A DNA stretch of 64,000 nucleotides from an uncultured Bacilli bacterium (GCA_934133195.1 CAKPAZ010000002.1:13954-77953), one strand, 5' to 3'. Positions 9,592-19,170 are shown, counted from the first letter of the stretch. Numbers and translations: made by a program. Notes: a model not told the origin generated them from the letters alone.

Positions 9592-10474
9592 TAACTTTTA
9601 TTCCTTTCTTATATCTTAAAAAATTGTTATAAGCTATTCCTTCAATTTCTTCTTTTGTTAAGTTTCTTTTCATTAATTCTTGTATTAGATTTTGAGCATC
9701 CATGTGACCTCTTAAATCATCTAAGTTGGCGTTATGATCATCATAACTCTTTAGGAAGTCCATAATGTCAAGTCCAAGCATAACATGGTCAATACCTATT
9801 TTTTCACCTAGATAAATGATTTGATCAGCAAGGCCCATAGTATTTTGTCGACTTGGATCTTTTGAAACAAAGTTTCTTGCAGAAACGGCTCCAACATATC
9901 CTCCTACTTCTCTCATTAATCTAAGTTGATCATCATTTAGGTTTCTACGGTGATCACTTAAAGTATATGCATTAGAATGACTTGCGATAATATTATGAGG
10001 CATATAGTCTAAAACATCGTAAAAACTCTTTATATTTAAGTGTGAAACATCAATGACCATATGGTGTTTATACATATAATCTAGAAATTCTTTTCCAAGG
10101 GATGTTAATCCACGATCTTTGTCTCCAGCAACCCCTGTTGCGAGATGATTTTCTTCATTCCAAGTAAGCGTAGCATGTCTTACGCCAAAATTATACATTT
10201 CATTTAAATCATCTAATGTATGAACATTACGGAGGCCTTCTAATCCAAGTAATACATTATAATTATCTTTATATGGTTTAAATGCCTCGTATGCTATTTT
10301 ATAGGCTTCAAGTACATTAAAGTCATATTCACTATATACTACCCAAATTCCACCTTTGATTTCTCCTTGTTCCATGGCTTCTAGATGATATTTTCGAAAA
10401 GGATCTTTAATGCCTTCTAAAGTTCTTTCATACAAATTTGAAAAAACATCACTATGTGTATCATATATTTTCAT
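9575..10474 (-). CDS. membrane dipeptidase family protein (peptidase M19)
   Basis: Motifs seen: DTHSDV at the N-terminus, HATLTWNEENHLATG, VIDVSHLN and ASHSNA. I prefer the second ATG (10474) because the spacing from AAGGAG is better. The track ORF starts at 10480. Confidence 0.75.
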   Translation of the reverse strand: MKIYDTHSDVFSNLYERTLEGIKDPFRKYHLEAMEQGEIKGGIWVVYSEYDFNVLEAYKIAYEAFKPYKDNYNVLLGLEGLRNVHTLDDLNEMYNFGVRHATLTWNEENHLATGVAGDKDRGLTSLGKEFLDYMYKHHMVIDVSHLNIKSFYDVLDYMPHNIIASHSNAYTLSDHRRNLNDDQLRLMREVGGYVGAVSARNFVSKDPSRQNTMGLADQIIYLGEKIGIDHVMLGLDIMDFLKSYDDHNANLDDLRGHMDAQNLIQELMKRNLTKEEIEGIAYNNFLRYKKGIKVNEEIM

Positions 10475-10514
10475 TTTCATTCTCCTTTTTTAATCTTTAC
10501 ATTATATCGACTTA

Positions 10515-10543
10515 ATTATATAATATTTTCTTTAAAATAGCAA
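10515..10543 (-). promoter_or_regulatory. sigma-A type promoter upstream of the M19 dipeptidase gene (-35 TTGCTA, 17 nt, -10 TATAAT)
   Basis: The minus strand reads TTGCTAttttaaagaaaatattaTATAAT. It lies just downstream of the terminator at 10551-10580. Confidence 0.5.
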
Positions 10544-10550
10544 ATATTTT

Positions 10551-10580
10551 AGAAATAAAAGGGCTAATATCTTAGCCCTC
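10551..10580 (-). terminator. rho-independent terminator after the 979 aa GHL10 gene
   Basis: The minus strand reads GGGCTAA-GATA-TTAGCCC followed by TTTTATTTCT. Confidence 0.75.
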
Positions 10581-10587
10581 TAAATTA

Positions 10588-13527
10588 TTATTTTCTTTTT
10601 CTAATTACAAACACAAAACATGTTAATGCAATCATTAAAGTAGCAACTTCAAGTATTGATTTTTTACAGTTGCAACCTTTTTTATCTTCATCTATAGGAT
10701 CATCTGGAACAGGAGTAGGGGTAGGATCATCTGGTTCTACTTCTTTTTTTACAACAACTAAATCACTATCTAAATATTCAGTAATACCATTGTTGTCGAT
10801 TATTACTCTTACTTTAAGTGATGTATCATTTTCACTGATTTTATACATTGTTCCAATATAATTATTTTCAACAATTCCTTCATCTAAAAGTTTAATAATG
10901 TTATTATCATTATCAAGAAGTAATAGTTTATAATTATATCCATTTATTCCATAAGTAGAAATATTAATAATTATGTTTTTACCAATAGGTGGATTATAAT
11001 CAGTAATTTTAATATTTGTATTATCTAAATAATTAGTTCTAATTACTTTAAATGTGTTTGATGTATAGGTTGTTGAATAATCTCCTTGTGTAAGTTTTAG
11101 AACAAAATGATATGTTCCTTCACTAAGTTTAATATCATCAAAGTTAGCAACTATACTTCCATTTAAAGTTCCTTTTTTAACTTCTTTTGTAACATAGTTT
11201 GCTTCATTGACAGCAATCAATACATAATCATAATCTAAGTCATTTGTACTATTTATATTTACCGGTATTGAAAGTGGAGTTTTGTAACTAAATCTTGTTT
11301 GGATTTTTGTAAAATCTTTAACATTTAGTTTGGTATAATCACTTACGGTATTGAATTTATTTGTAAAGACACTAATTGAGGCAGTGCCATCAGTAATGGT
11401 TATTTTTAGTTGTGAGTTTGATGTTGTGTAAGGGTATGCTTTATATGGTATTTCAAAAGTATTTGAAGTAATATTACCACTCGCGATTACTCTTTTCTTA
11501 TCAATATCATTTTCAAAATAATTTATTGTGTATTTTAAATTATGATTAGTTAAATTTGAAATATTAAGTCTTAAGTTTATTGTTTCATTACATATGATTT
11601 CTGTTGGAAGTTGTGATAGATAATTAATTTTAATCGATTCATATTCTTCCATATTAGTAAAATCTAGTTTGGTTGAAAGTGATGAAACATAACCATTTGT
11701 TGATACTACTTTTATATAATAATCATAATTTTCATCATAATCATAAATTCTTAGTGTTGCTTTTTCTCCTTCTACATATGGATCATAAATAACACTAATA
11801 CGAGATTCAACACTTGCGTTAAATTCAGTTCCTTTTAATACTTTATATATACCATACACTCTTGATGATGGCATTTTATCAAAAGTAATATTTACACTAT
11901 TATCAAGAGTATCTTTTGATAATTTGTAATCTTTTACGACTAAGCCTTCAGAATCATCATTACCACGTTGAATTGGATAAACAGGATTTTTTGTCCAATT
12001 AACCTTTAGGAATGATATTCCTTGTTCATGAGTTTCGCTTGAGAAAACATAGAGATTTTCATATGAATATAATGCAGATCCTTTAATAACTGGATATTTT
12101 TTATTATATACAATTTGATTTCTGATTTCTGAAGGATTGTAAAATTGTGATGGAGCATCTCGGTATTTATATATTCCATGTGCAACATACAATTTAATTG
12201 CTTTCTTTCCCTCACTAGCACGTACTTCATTTAATTCTGTTACCATCTTTGCCCACCAATCAACGATGTCAGCATACGCAGCAACATTATCTTCAAATGC
12301 ATAATAAACTTGAGGAGCAACATAATCAACTAATCCTTCTTCTACCCATTTCCATGTGTCAGCAAAAAGATCGGAGTATGATGAATAAGCACCTGATGCG
12401 GTATTAGAACCAATTGGTGAACAACGATCAACACTTTCAGTACAATATTCAGAATTACTACGCCATACAGCAGCAGGTTTTGATCCAAATTCAACTATTT
12501 TATTATTTGTTTCATTATATTCATCAACCATAGCACGAATTCTACGCATCATTACATTAATGTTTTCTCTTCTAAAATCACCTAGTGAATATCCTCTTTC
12601 CATATGAGCATACTTAGGATCATTATTTAAGTATTCTTGATAATTTCCTAAATCATTTAGGGTATTTACTCCTGATAGAGAACTATCATATTTTTCTCCA
12701 CCAGCAAAGTTAGTATTAACTTTATCACTTGATACAGAACCATTTAAATAGAAGTAATCATCAAAATGCATACCATCAATATCGTAGTTTTCAATGATTT
12801 CTTTTAGGGTTGCGACAATAAAATCTTGTACCGCTATTTCACTTGGATTTAAAATTAATCTTGTATCATGTTCTCCCATAACAACATATTCAGGATGTAA
12901 TCTTGCAAAATTGTTAGGTGCAAGTTTTTCTATTGCTTTTTCTTTAAATTTTAAGAGTTCAGCATTACTGTATGTACTTGCGTTCTTGTTCGCATTATCA
13001 AGAACACTATATGTTGTTACACGATAGGCATTCATCCAACATTGGAAATCAAAGCCTCTTTTATGAGTTTCTTCAATCATCCATTCAAGAGGATCCCATC
13101 CTGGGTCAACTCCAGCACCAACTAAGAATTCACTCCATGGATTTAATTCAGATTTATAAAAAGCATCATTACTTGGTCTTATTTGAAAGAATAAAGTATT
13201 CATTCCGAATTCTTCCATTCTATCAAGAATGGTTAAGAATTCCTTTTTATAACTATTAATAGCTTCTTCATCTAATCCATTTTGTTTACCAATTGCAATG
13301 TTGTAAACTGTAGCAACCCATACTCCACGCATTTCTGATTCATATACTGAAAATTTCTTAGGTAGAGTTACTGGTTCACCTGTACCATAATGATATATTT
13401 TTGATGTGGGTCCACTTTTATTCGAATATAGGAAATCTTCATCATCACTTTTACTATTTACAATATTAGAGAATGATAAGGTTGCAAGTAGTAAAAGGCT
13501 TAAAAATATACTTATTATTTTCTTCAT
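10588..13527 (-). CDS. surface-anchored GHL10 family glycosidase with Ig-like repeats and a C-terminal GCNCKK-TM-RKRK tail
   Basis: 979 aa. Signal peptide MKKIISIFLSLLLLATLSFS. GHL10 block MRGVWVATVYNIAI...MNTLFFQIRPSNDAFYKSELNPWSEF...QCWMNAYR...GMHFDDYFY. A long beta-rich repeat region follows, then the linker EVEPDDPTPTPVPDDPIDEDKK, GCNCKK, a TM helix and RKRK. The start overlaps the PIG-L stop (TAATG). Confidence 0.75.
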   Translation of the reverse strand: MKKIISIFLSLLLLATLSFSNIVNSKSDDEDFLYSNKSGPTSKIYHYGTGEPVTLPKKFSVYESEMRGVWVATVYNIAIGKQNGLDEEAINSYKKEFLTILDRMEEFGMNTLFFQIRPSNDAFYKSELNPWSEFLVGAGVDPGWDPLEWMIEETHKRGFDFQCWMNAYRVTTYSVLDNANKNASTYSNAELLKFKEKAIEKLAPNNFARLHPEYVVMGEHDTRLILNPSEIAVQDFIVATLKEIIENYDIDGMHFDDYFYLNGSVSSDKVNTNFAGGEKYDSSLSGVNTLNDLGNYQEYLNNDPKYAHMERGYSLGDFRRENINVMMRRIRAMVDEYNETNNKIVEFGSKPAAVWRSNSEYCTESVDRCSPIGSNTASGAYSSYSDLFADTWKWVEEGLVDYVAPQVYYAFEDNVAAYADIVDWWAKMVTELNEVRASEGKKAIKLYVAHGIYKYRDAPSQFYNPSEIRNQIVYNKKYPVIKGSALYSYENLYVFSSETHEQGISFLKVNWTKNPVYPIQRGNDDSEGLVVKDYKLSKDTLDNSVNITFDKMPSSRVYGIYKVLKGTEFNASVESRISVIYDPYVEGEKATLRIYDYDENYDYYIKVVSTNGYVSSLSTKLDFTNMEEYESIKINYLSQLPTEIICNETINLRLNISNLTNHNLKYTINYFENDIDKKRVIASGNITSNTFEIPYKAYPYTTSNSQLKITITDGTASISVFTNKFNTVSDYTKLNVKDFTKIQTRFSYKTPLSIPVNINSTNDLDYDYVLIAVNEANYVTKEVKKGTLNGSIVANFDDIKLSEGTYHFVLKLTQGDYSTTYTSNTFKVIRTNYLDNTNIKITDYNPPIGKNIIINISTYGINGYNYKLLLLDNDNNIIKLLDEGIVENNYIGTMYKISENDTSLKVRVIIDNNGITEYLDSDLVVVKKEVEPDDPTPTPVPDDPIDEDKKGCNCKKSILEVATLMIALTCFVFVIRKRK

Positions 13528-14210
13528 TATAGTTCATCCTTAAATATCTTTTTTTGTCTGTCAAGCACAGCAAAACATTCAGCATAGCCTTTTTTCATTA
13601 AAGCACCACGGCAGCGAGCAAGTGATGTATAATAATCAAAATATTTAAAGTCACTGCTATTCATAATAAACCAGTGAGTTTGAATAGCTTCTTTCCATAG
13701 TTCAAAACCTTCTGTAATATCGACATAAACATATGGTGTAAAGTTATCTGAGTCTTCCCAGTTTTCACAAAAATAAAGTGGAGCGTAAAATCTTTCACCA
13801 TTTTTATTTCCAACTACACCTGCTCTAAATTGAGCTTCTTGAACAATTAGATGAGTGTTGTTATGATCACGATGCATTGTACTTTGCCAATGTGTTACGA
13901 TTACATTTGGTTTGTATTTAACAATTACATCGACAACTTGATTAATTACTTCATCATTATTTGGAAGTTCACCATCTGCATATTTTAAGACAATTGCTTC
14001 ACCATTCACCATTTTCGCAAACTTATTTGCTTCATCAATTTTTTGTTTGCGATATTCTTGGATTGTCATATGTGGAGGATTTCCTCTTTCACCTGCAGTT
14101 AGTGCCATTATTATGTTTTTTCCACCTCTTACTGCGTTTGTGGCCATAATACCACCAGCAGTAAGTTCCATATCACCAATGTGACCACCGATTGCTAAAA
14201 TAGTTTTCAT
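13527..14210 (-). CDS. PIG-L / LmbE family N-acetyl-sugar deacetylase
   Basis: 227 aa. ILAIGGHIGDMELTAGG corresponds to the AHPDD.E.G.GG motif, and HRDHNNTH is the second metal-binding motif. Confidence 0.7.
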   Translation of the reverse strand: MKTILAIGGHIGDMELTAGGIMATNAVRGGKNIIMALTAGERGNPPHMTIQEYRKQKIDEANKFAKMVNGEAIVLKYADGELPNNDEVINQVVDVIVKYKPNVIVTHWQSTMHRDHNNTHLIVQEAQFRAGVVGNKNGERFYAPLYFCENWEDSDNFTPYVYVDITEGFELWKEAIQTHWFIMNSSDFKYFDYYTSLARCRGALMKKGYAECFAVLDRQKKIFKDEL

Positions 14211-14226
14211 TGTATTTTCCCTTTCT

Positions 14227-15303
14227 TTATTTTTTTAATTCATCAAGATTTGCGATTATAAAGTTAGCAAGTCTTGCTCTTGCATCCATATGTAAGATAT
14301 TCTTACGAGTTGGATGAACACGATTTGAAAGTAGAACAAAAGCTACTTCATTCTTTCTATCTACCCAGATGTTAGTTCCGGTAAAGCCTGTATGAAGGAT
14401 GGTTTCACTGCTTGTTAGTTCTCCTGCAGATGAGGCAGGGCCTTTATTAACAAAACCGATTGATCTTCTTTCTGGTACTAATGATACACCATTTCTTTCT
14501 TCTACTTGTGGTGTAAACAATAAATCAATTGTTGCCTTTGATAAGAAGTGTTCATTATTAAATACTCCATCATTTAAAAGCATTTGTAAATAATTAGCCA
14601 TATCTTTTACTGTAGAAAACAAACCAGCATGACCTGCTACACCACCTAAAGCATAAGATGTCTCATCATGAACTTTTCCACGAACAATTCCTTTATATAC
14701 GGGATCATCACGATATTCTGTAGGAGCACATCTTAGTGGAGATTCAGGAAGATAGCCTGTATCTTTCATATTTAGTTTATCAAAAATTTCCTCTTTAACA
14801 AATTCATTTAAAGGTTTCTTTACGATACTTTCTATTACCTTTCCAAGGATAATATAACCTAAATCTGAATAATGAATTTTAGTTCCTGTTTCGTATTTTA
14901 ATTCAATATTTAATATCCTATTCCATACTTCAGTTGGATCATTCAAAGTGTTTGCGCGAGGTAATCCCTCAGGTAATCCTGAAGTATGAGTCATCAAATT
15001 CCATATTGAAATATTATCAAATCTGAATTCAGGAAGATATCTTTTTACTGGTGCATATAGACGAAGTTTTCCTTTTTCAATTAATCTTAATACAGCTGTT
15101 GTAGTACTAACAATTTTTGTTAATGATGCCATATCATAGATTGTATCAATATCATTTTCTTCAACATTTGGAATTAAACTTTTCTTTCCAAATGAACCGA
15201 ATAATACTTTATCTTTAAAAACTATTGCATAGTTTGCACCTGGGAATGCTCCTTCATTGATTGCGTCTTGTAAAAGATTGTTAAATTCTTGGATTTTTGA
15301 CAT
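14227..15303 (-). CDS. serine hydrolase, beta-lactamase / DD-peptidase (SxxK) family
   Basis: 358 aa. It has the SxxK motif (MASLTKIVSTT) and the overall class C / penicillin-binding-like layout. The start codon lies 12 nt after the tyrS stop and has its own AAAGGAG. Confidence 0.7.
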   Translation of the reverse strand: MSKIQEFNNLLQDAINEGAFPGANYAIVFKDKVLFGSFGKKSLIPNVEENDIDTIYDMASLTKIVSTTTAVLRLIEKGKLRLYAPVKRYLPEFRFDNISIWNLMTHTSGLPEGLPRANTLNDPTEVWNRILNIELKYETGTKIHYSDLGYIILGKVIESIVKKPLNEFVKEEIFDKLNMKDTGYLPESPLRCAPTEYRDDPVYKGIVRGKVHDETSYALGGVAGHAGLFSTVKDMANYLQMLLNDGVFNNEHFLSKATIDLLFTPQVEERNGVSLVPERRSIGFVNKGPASSAGELTSSETILHTGFTGTNIWVDRKNEVAFVLLSNRVHPTRKNILHMDARARLANFIIANLDELKK

Positions 15304-15315
15304 TTTATACTCCTT

Positions 15316-16548
15316 TTATTTATGAATAATTAGATAATAATTTTTCTTTCCTCTTCTGATTACTGTATAAGTTTCACCTATAGCATTAGCTTTTGTGATT
15401 ACAAAGTTTAAATCTTTGTTTTGAACACCATTAACTAGTGTTGCTCCATTATTAATAAAGTCACGAGCTTCACGTTTACTTGATGCGGCTTTTACTGCAA
15501 CTAAAGCATCAATTAAATTAAGGTCTTCTTCAACTGTTATAGATGGAACACCGTTAAATAATGTTTCAATTTCTTCTTTTGTTAATTTAGATATATCACC
15601 ACTGAATAAAGCTTCTGATAGTTTTACAGCTTGGTTGTAAGCTTCTTCGCCATGTACCATAGTTGTCATTTCTTTAGCAAGAGCCTTTTGGGCAGCACGT
15701 TTATGTGGTTCTTCCATGAAGCTCTTTTCTAATTCTTCAATTTGTTCTTTAGTTAGGAATGTGAATTGTTTTAATTCTCTTATAACGTCACTATCTGGAG
15801 TGTTAATCCAAAATTGATAGAATGCATAAGGAGAAGTTTTTTCTGGATCAAGCCAAATTGCTCCCCCTTCACTCTTTCCAAATTTAGTTCCATCACTCTT
15901 TGTGAAAAGAGGAATAGTAATACCATATGCTTCTGTGTCAGCACCATGGATTTTTCTTATTAATTCAAGTCCACCTGTAATATTACCCCATTGATCTTGA
16001 CCACCGATTTGAAGAATACAATTTTTAGTATCTAGTAAATGTTCAAAATCTAATGCTTGTAAAATTTGATATGAGAATTCAGTATATGAAATACCACTAT
16101 CAAGTCTTGCTTTTACTGTTTCTTTGTTAATCATATAACTAACATTAAAGAATTTACCATATTTTCTTAAGAATGTTAATATATCAATATCATGAGTCCA
16201 ATCATAGTTGTTTACCATTTCACATTTAAACAAATTAGAAACTTGTTTATATAAACATTTAGCATTATGTTCAATTATTTCATTTGATAATAATTGTCTT
16301 TCGCTACTAGGTTTTGGATCACCGATAAATCCTGTTGCACCACCAATTAAGAAAATAGGTTTATTTCCAACACTTTCTAAACGCTTTGCGAAAAGAAAGA
16401 CAAGCATATGTCCAACGTGTAGACTATCGCCAGTTGGGTCAGTACCTAAATAAAAAGTAACTTCACCTTTATTGATTTTATCAATAATTTTTTCATCTGT
16501 AACATTGTGGATTAATCCACGCCATTGTAATTCTTCAAATAAATTCAT
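15316..16548 (-). CDS. tyrS: tyrosine--tRNA ligase
   Basis: Motifs seen: MNLFEELQWRGLI..., HVGH (class I HIGH) and KFGKS (KMSKS). The track ORF extends 30 codons upstream into the T-box terminator. I start at the ATG with GAGGAAAA upstream. Confidence 0.9.
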   Translation of the reverse strand: MNLFEELQWRGLIHNVTDEKIIDKINKGEVTFYLGTDPTGDSLHVGHMLVFLFAKRLESVGNKPIFLIGGATGFIGDPKPSSERQLLSNEIIEHNAKCLYKQVSNLFKCEMVNNYDWTHDIDILTFLRKYGKFFNVSYMINKETVKARLDSGISYTEFSYQILQALDFEHLLDTKNCILQIGGQDQWGNITGGLELIRKIHGADTEAYGITIPLFTKSDGTKFGKSEGGAIWLDPEKTSPYAFYQFWINTPDSDVIRELKQFTFLTKEQIEELEKSFMEEPHKRAAQKALAKEMTTMVHGEEAYNQAVKLSEALFSGDISKLTKEEIETLFNGVPSITVEEDLNLIDALVAVKAASSKREARDFINNGATLVNGVQNKDLNFVITKANAIGETYTVIRRGKKNYYLIIHK

Positions 16549-16770
16549 TTTGTTTTCCTCTTTCTTTTTTTTAATAAAATAAAAGTCCCCTAAAGAAATG
16601 CTTAAAAAAGCAATCTTTAAAGGACGATAACAATGCATATTGCATTATTCCCGCGGTACCACCTTCATTCAAGAATATATCTTGCACTTTGTTGATAGGG
16701 AATGTATGTAATTCATAAAATAAACTTGTCTACTTTTCCACCGACCAAGTAGTTCTCTATGTGCCATTTA
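16549..16770 (-). promoter_or_regulatory. T-box leader (tRNA-Tyr sensing) with terminator/antiterminator
   Basis: The minus strand carries the T-box core GGTGGTACCGCG (complement of 16652-16663). A terminator hairpin GTCCTTTAAAG...CTTTAGGGGAC (16585-16625) follows, then TTTTATTTTATT. Upstream there is an AGAGA motif and a candidate specifier, GAAU-UAC-A (UAC is the complement of 16708-16710). Confidence 0.8.
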
Positions 16771-16778
16771 TTTTACTA

Positions 16779-17810
16779 CTATTTTGTTGAATCACGCCAA
16801 ATTACATCAAAGTCAATTAATTGATTAATTGATTTTCCTTCAGGTAAGCGATCCTCCATTAATTCTGTTAATAAATCCATTGCAGCTTCTCCAAGTTCAT
16901 AAATTGGAGTATTAATACATGTAAGTGTTGGTCTTGATAATTCCGCATATTTAGTATTTTGGAAACCGATTACTTGCATTTGTTGTGGGATTTCAATATG
17001 AAGTGTTCTTGCAACATTGATCAAAGATACTGCCATTGAATCACGTACTACTATTGCGACATCTGGATGATCTTTTTCTAGATGTTCACGATATTCAGGT
17101 TGGTTCAATTCTATTTTTCCTGGAACCTTTAAGACATAAGGTTCTAGACCAGCTTCTTCCATTGCCTTTAAATATCCTTCCACTTTTAAATCATTAACAA
17201 CATACTTACGAACAGTTGTAACAATCCATATTTTTTTATTTCCACGTGATATCATTTCTTTAGTGATATCATAAGCAGCTTTAAAATAATCAATTGATAC
17301 GGAAGGAATTTCTTTATCACTACATACTGTATTTGTTAAAACTAAACTTGTATTTAAATCACGCATGATTTCTAGGTGTTCTTCAGTGATTTCATCATTG
17401 ATATATAAAACACCATCTACACTTGAGCTCATAACGATGCTCCAAAGTTCTTTTTCACTGTTTTTTACTTGTTCCACATTTTGGGTAGGTCTGTTAACAA
17501 AAAGTCTTAGTAAATAACCACGTTTAGTCGCACAATCAGCAATACCATCTACCATACCAGCAATACTACTTCTAGTTAGTTCAGGTACAACTACGGCTAC
17601 TGTTGTAGATTTTGAACTTGCAAGACCTTTAGCATTTAGATTAGGTTTGTAGCCTAATTCACGTATAATCTTGTTTATGCGTTCTCTTGTTCCTGGTTTA
17701 ACTTTTTCTGGGTGATTAAGAACACGTGAAACAGTCGCAAGCGATACACCTGCAGCACCAGCTACATCATAAATTTTAATTTGTGAACTGTATTTGTTAT
17801 CTCCTTTCAT
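16779..17810 (-). CDS. LacI family transcriptional regulator (possibly CcpA-like)
   Basis: The N-terminal HTH is IKIYDVAGAAGVSLATVSRVLNHPEKVKPGTRERINKIIRELGYKPNLNAKGLAS, followed by a periplasmic-binding-fold body. The start is the ATG after GAGGTG. Confidence 0.8.
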   Translation of the reverse strand: MKGDNKYSSQIKIYDVAGAAGVSLATVSRVLNHPEKVKPGTRERINKIIRELGYKPNLNAKGLASSKSTTVAVVVPELTRSSIAGMVDGIADCATKRGYLLRLFVNRPTQNVEQVKNSEKELWSIVMSSSVDGVLYINDEITEEHLEIMRDLNTSLVLTNTVCSDKEIPSVSIDYFKAAYDITKEMISRGNKKIWIVTTVRKYVVNDLKVEGYLKAMEEAGLEPYVLKVPGKIELNQPEYREHLEKDHPDVAIVVRDSMAVSLINVARTLHIEIPQQMQVIGFQNTKYAELSRPTLTCINTPIYELGEAAMDLLTELMEDRLPEGKSINQLIDFDVIWRDSTK

Positions 17811-17889
17811 AAAGCACCTCATTTAATTATTTTTTCATTTACATTATACCATATTTCGATTTTTATTGCAATAAAAAAATGAAAATTTT

Positions 17890-19152
17890 TTATTCATTTT
17901 CATTTTTTATTAATTCTTTTATATATTTACTTATTGTTCCTGCACCTAAGAATATCCATAATTCAAATTTCTTTTTGTCAATTAAATCTAATATTTTAGG
18001 AGTAAATGAACGATAATTCTTAAATATTTTATTTATCTTTAATTGTTGATATATATTTTCACTTTCTCTTTTTGAAGTAAATACTTTTGCGAGATAAATT
18101 GAATCAAACAAATCAAAAGCTTCTTTAAATTCTTTCTTTAAAGTTAATGTTCTTGAATAAGTATGTGGTTGGAATACCGCATTAATTTTATAATTAGGAT
18201 ATTTCTTTCTTAGTGTTTCAACTAGTGATTTGATTTCTGTTGGATGATGAGCATAATCATCTACTAAGATAGTATTACCATATTGGTATTCTTCTATTCT
18301 TCGATGAGGAAGATTTATATTTGTTGTGTTTGGTTTTTCACCAAGAAGGATACATACAATATACGCCATTACATAATCATAGACTAGATGTTTTCCAACA
18401 AAGGGAACTGATATTTCATATGATGATTTACCAATGATAATTTGAACTTTTGTTTTGTTTTTTGTTTCATCTAAAATATAATACTTTACATCGGCATCTT
18501 TTTGCGTACCTACTTTTAGAACTGCTTTAAATTTTAGTTTTTTAACATTGGGATCGTCGTAATTTACTACTACTAAATCAGATTGATTCACTAATTTTTG
18601 ATATGAATTAATCATTTGATTAATATCTTTAAAATAATCAGGATGATCCATTTCTATGTTATTTATTATTAAAATGTTAGGATTATAGCTTAAAAAGTGA
18701 TCACGATATTCACATGCTTCAAGAACTAATAAATTAGATTTATTGGTTCCACCACCACTACCATCTCCAATAATAAATGATGTTTTATTATTTAACATTT
18801 CTTTGAGAAAAGTTGAAGTAGTAGTTTTTCCATGAGTACCAGAAATTGCGATTATATCTTTGTTTAATTTTTTTCCAATGAAATCATGATAATAATAATA
18901 TTCAAATTTATTATCTACAATATTTTTTACATCGATGTTTGTTTGATCATAAGCATTGCTAATAATATATATATAATCATTATTTAATTTTGAGCCAAAT
19001 GGATACCATTTAATGTTTTTTTCTTTAAGCAATGGATCTGTAAAATATTCTTTATTTTCATCACTACCCACTACATTGTTTCCTAAATCCTTTAGAAGCA
19101 TCGCGAGAGCACTCATTCCAGTTCCTTTAATTCCAACTAGATAAAATTTCAT
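17890..19152 (-). CDS. murC: Mur ligase, most likely UDP-N-acetylmuramate--L-alanine ligase
   Basis: 420 aa. MKFYLVGIKGTGMSALAMLLKDLGNNVVGSD is an N-terminal Rossmann motif, and ISGTHGKTTTSTFL is the P-loop. Confidence 0.7.
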   Translation of the reverse strand: MKFYLVGIKGTGMSALAMLLKDLGNNVVGSDENKEYFTDPLLKEKNIKWYPFGSKLNNDYIYIISNAYDQTNIDVKNIVDNKFEYYYYHDFIGKKLNKDIIAISGTHGKTTTSTFLKEMLNNKTSFIIGDGSGGGTNKSNLLVLEACEYRDHFLSYNPNILIINNIEMDHPDYFKDINQMINSYQKLVNQSDLVVVNYDDPNVKKLKFKAVLKVGTQKDADVKYYILDETKNKTKVQIIIGKSSYEISVPFVGKHLVYDYVMAYIVCILLGEKPNTTNINLPHRRIEEYQYGNTILVDDYAHHPTEIKSLVETLRKKYPNYKINAVFQPHTYSRTLTLKKEFKEAFDLFDSIYLAKVFTSKRESENIYQQLKINKIFKNYRSFTPKILDLIDKKKFELWIFLGAGTISKYIKELIKNENE

Positions 19153-19170
19153 AAAAAAATCACCACTTAA

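Noticed and set aside
7084-13527. LPXTG sortase signal or choline/SH3-type wall-binding repeats as the anchoring mechanism of the surface GHL10 proteins.
   Set aside because: No LPXTG-like pentapeptide precedes the C-terminal helix and I saw no recognisable wall-binding repeats. The tail carries the GCNCKK motif instead, which is reported as a finding.
16549-16638. 30-codon N-terminal extension of the tyrS ORF in the track (MHCYRPLKIAFLSISLGDFYFIKKKKEENK).
   Set aside because: This stretch is the terminator/antiterminator part of the T-box leader (hairpin 16585-16625 plus U-tract). The conserved TyrS N-terminus starts at MNLFEELQ, which has its own RBS.
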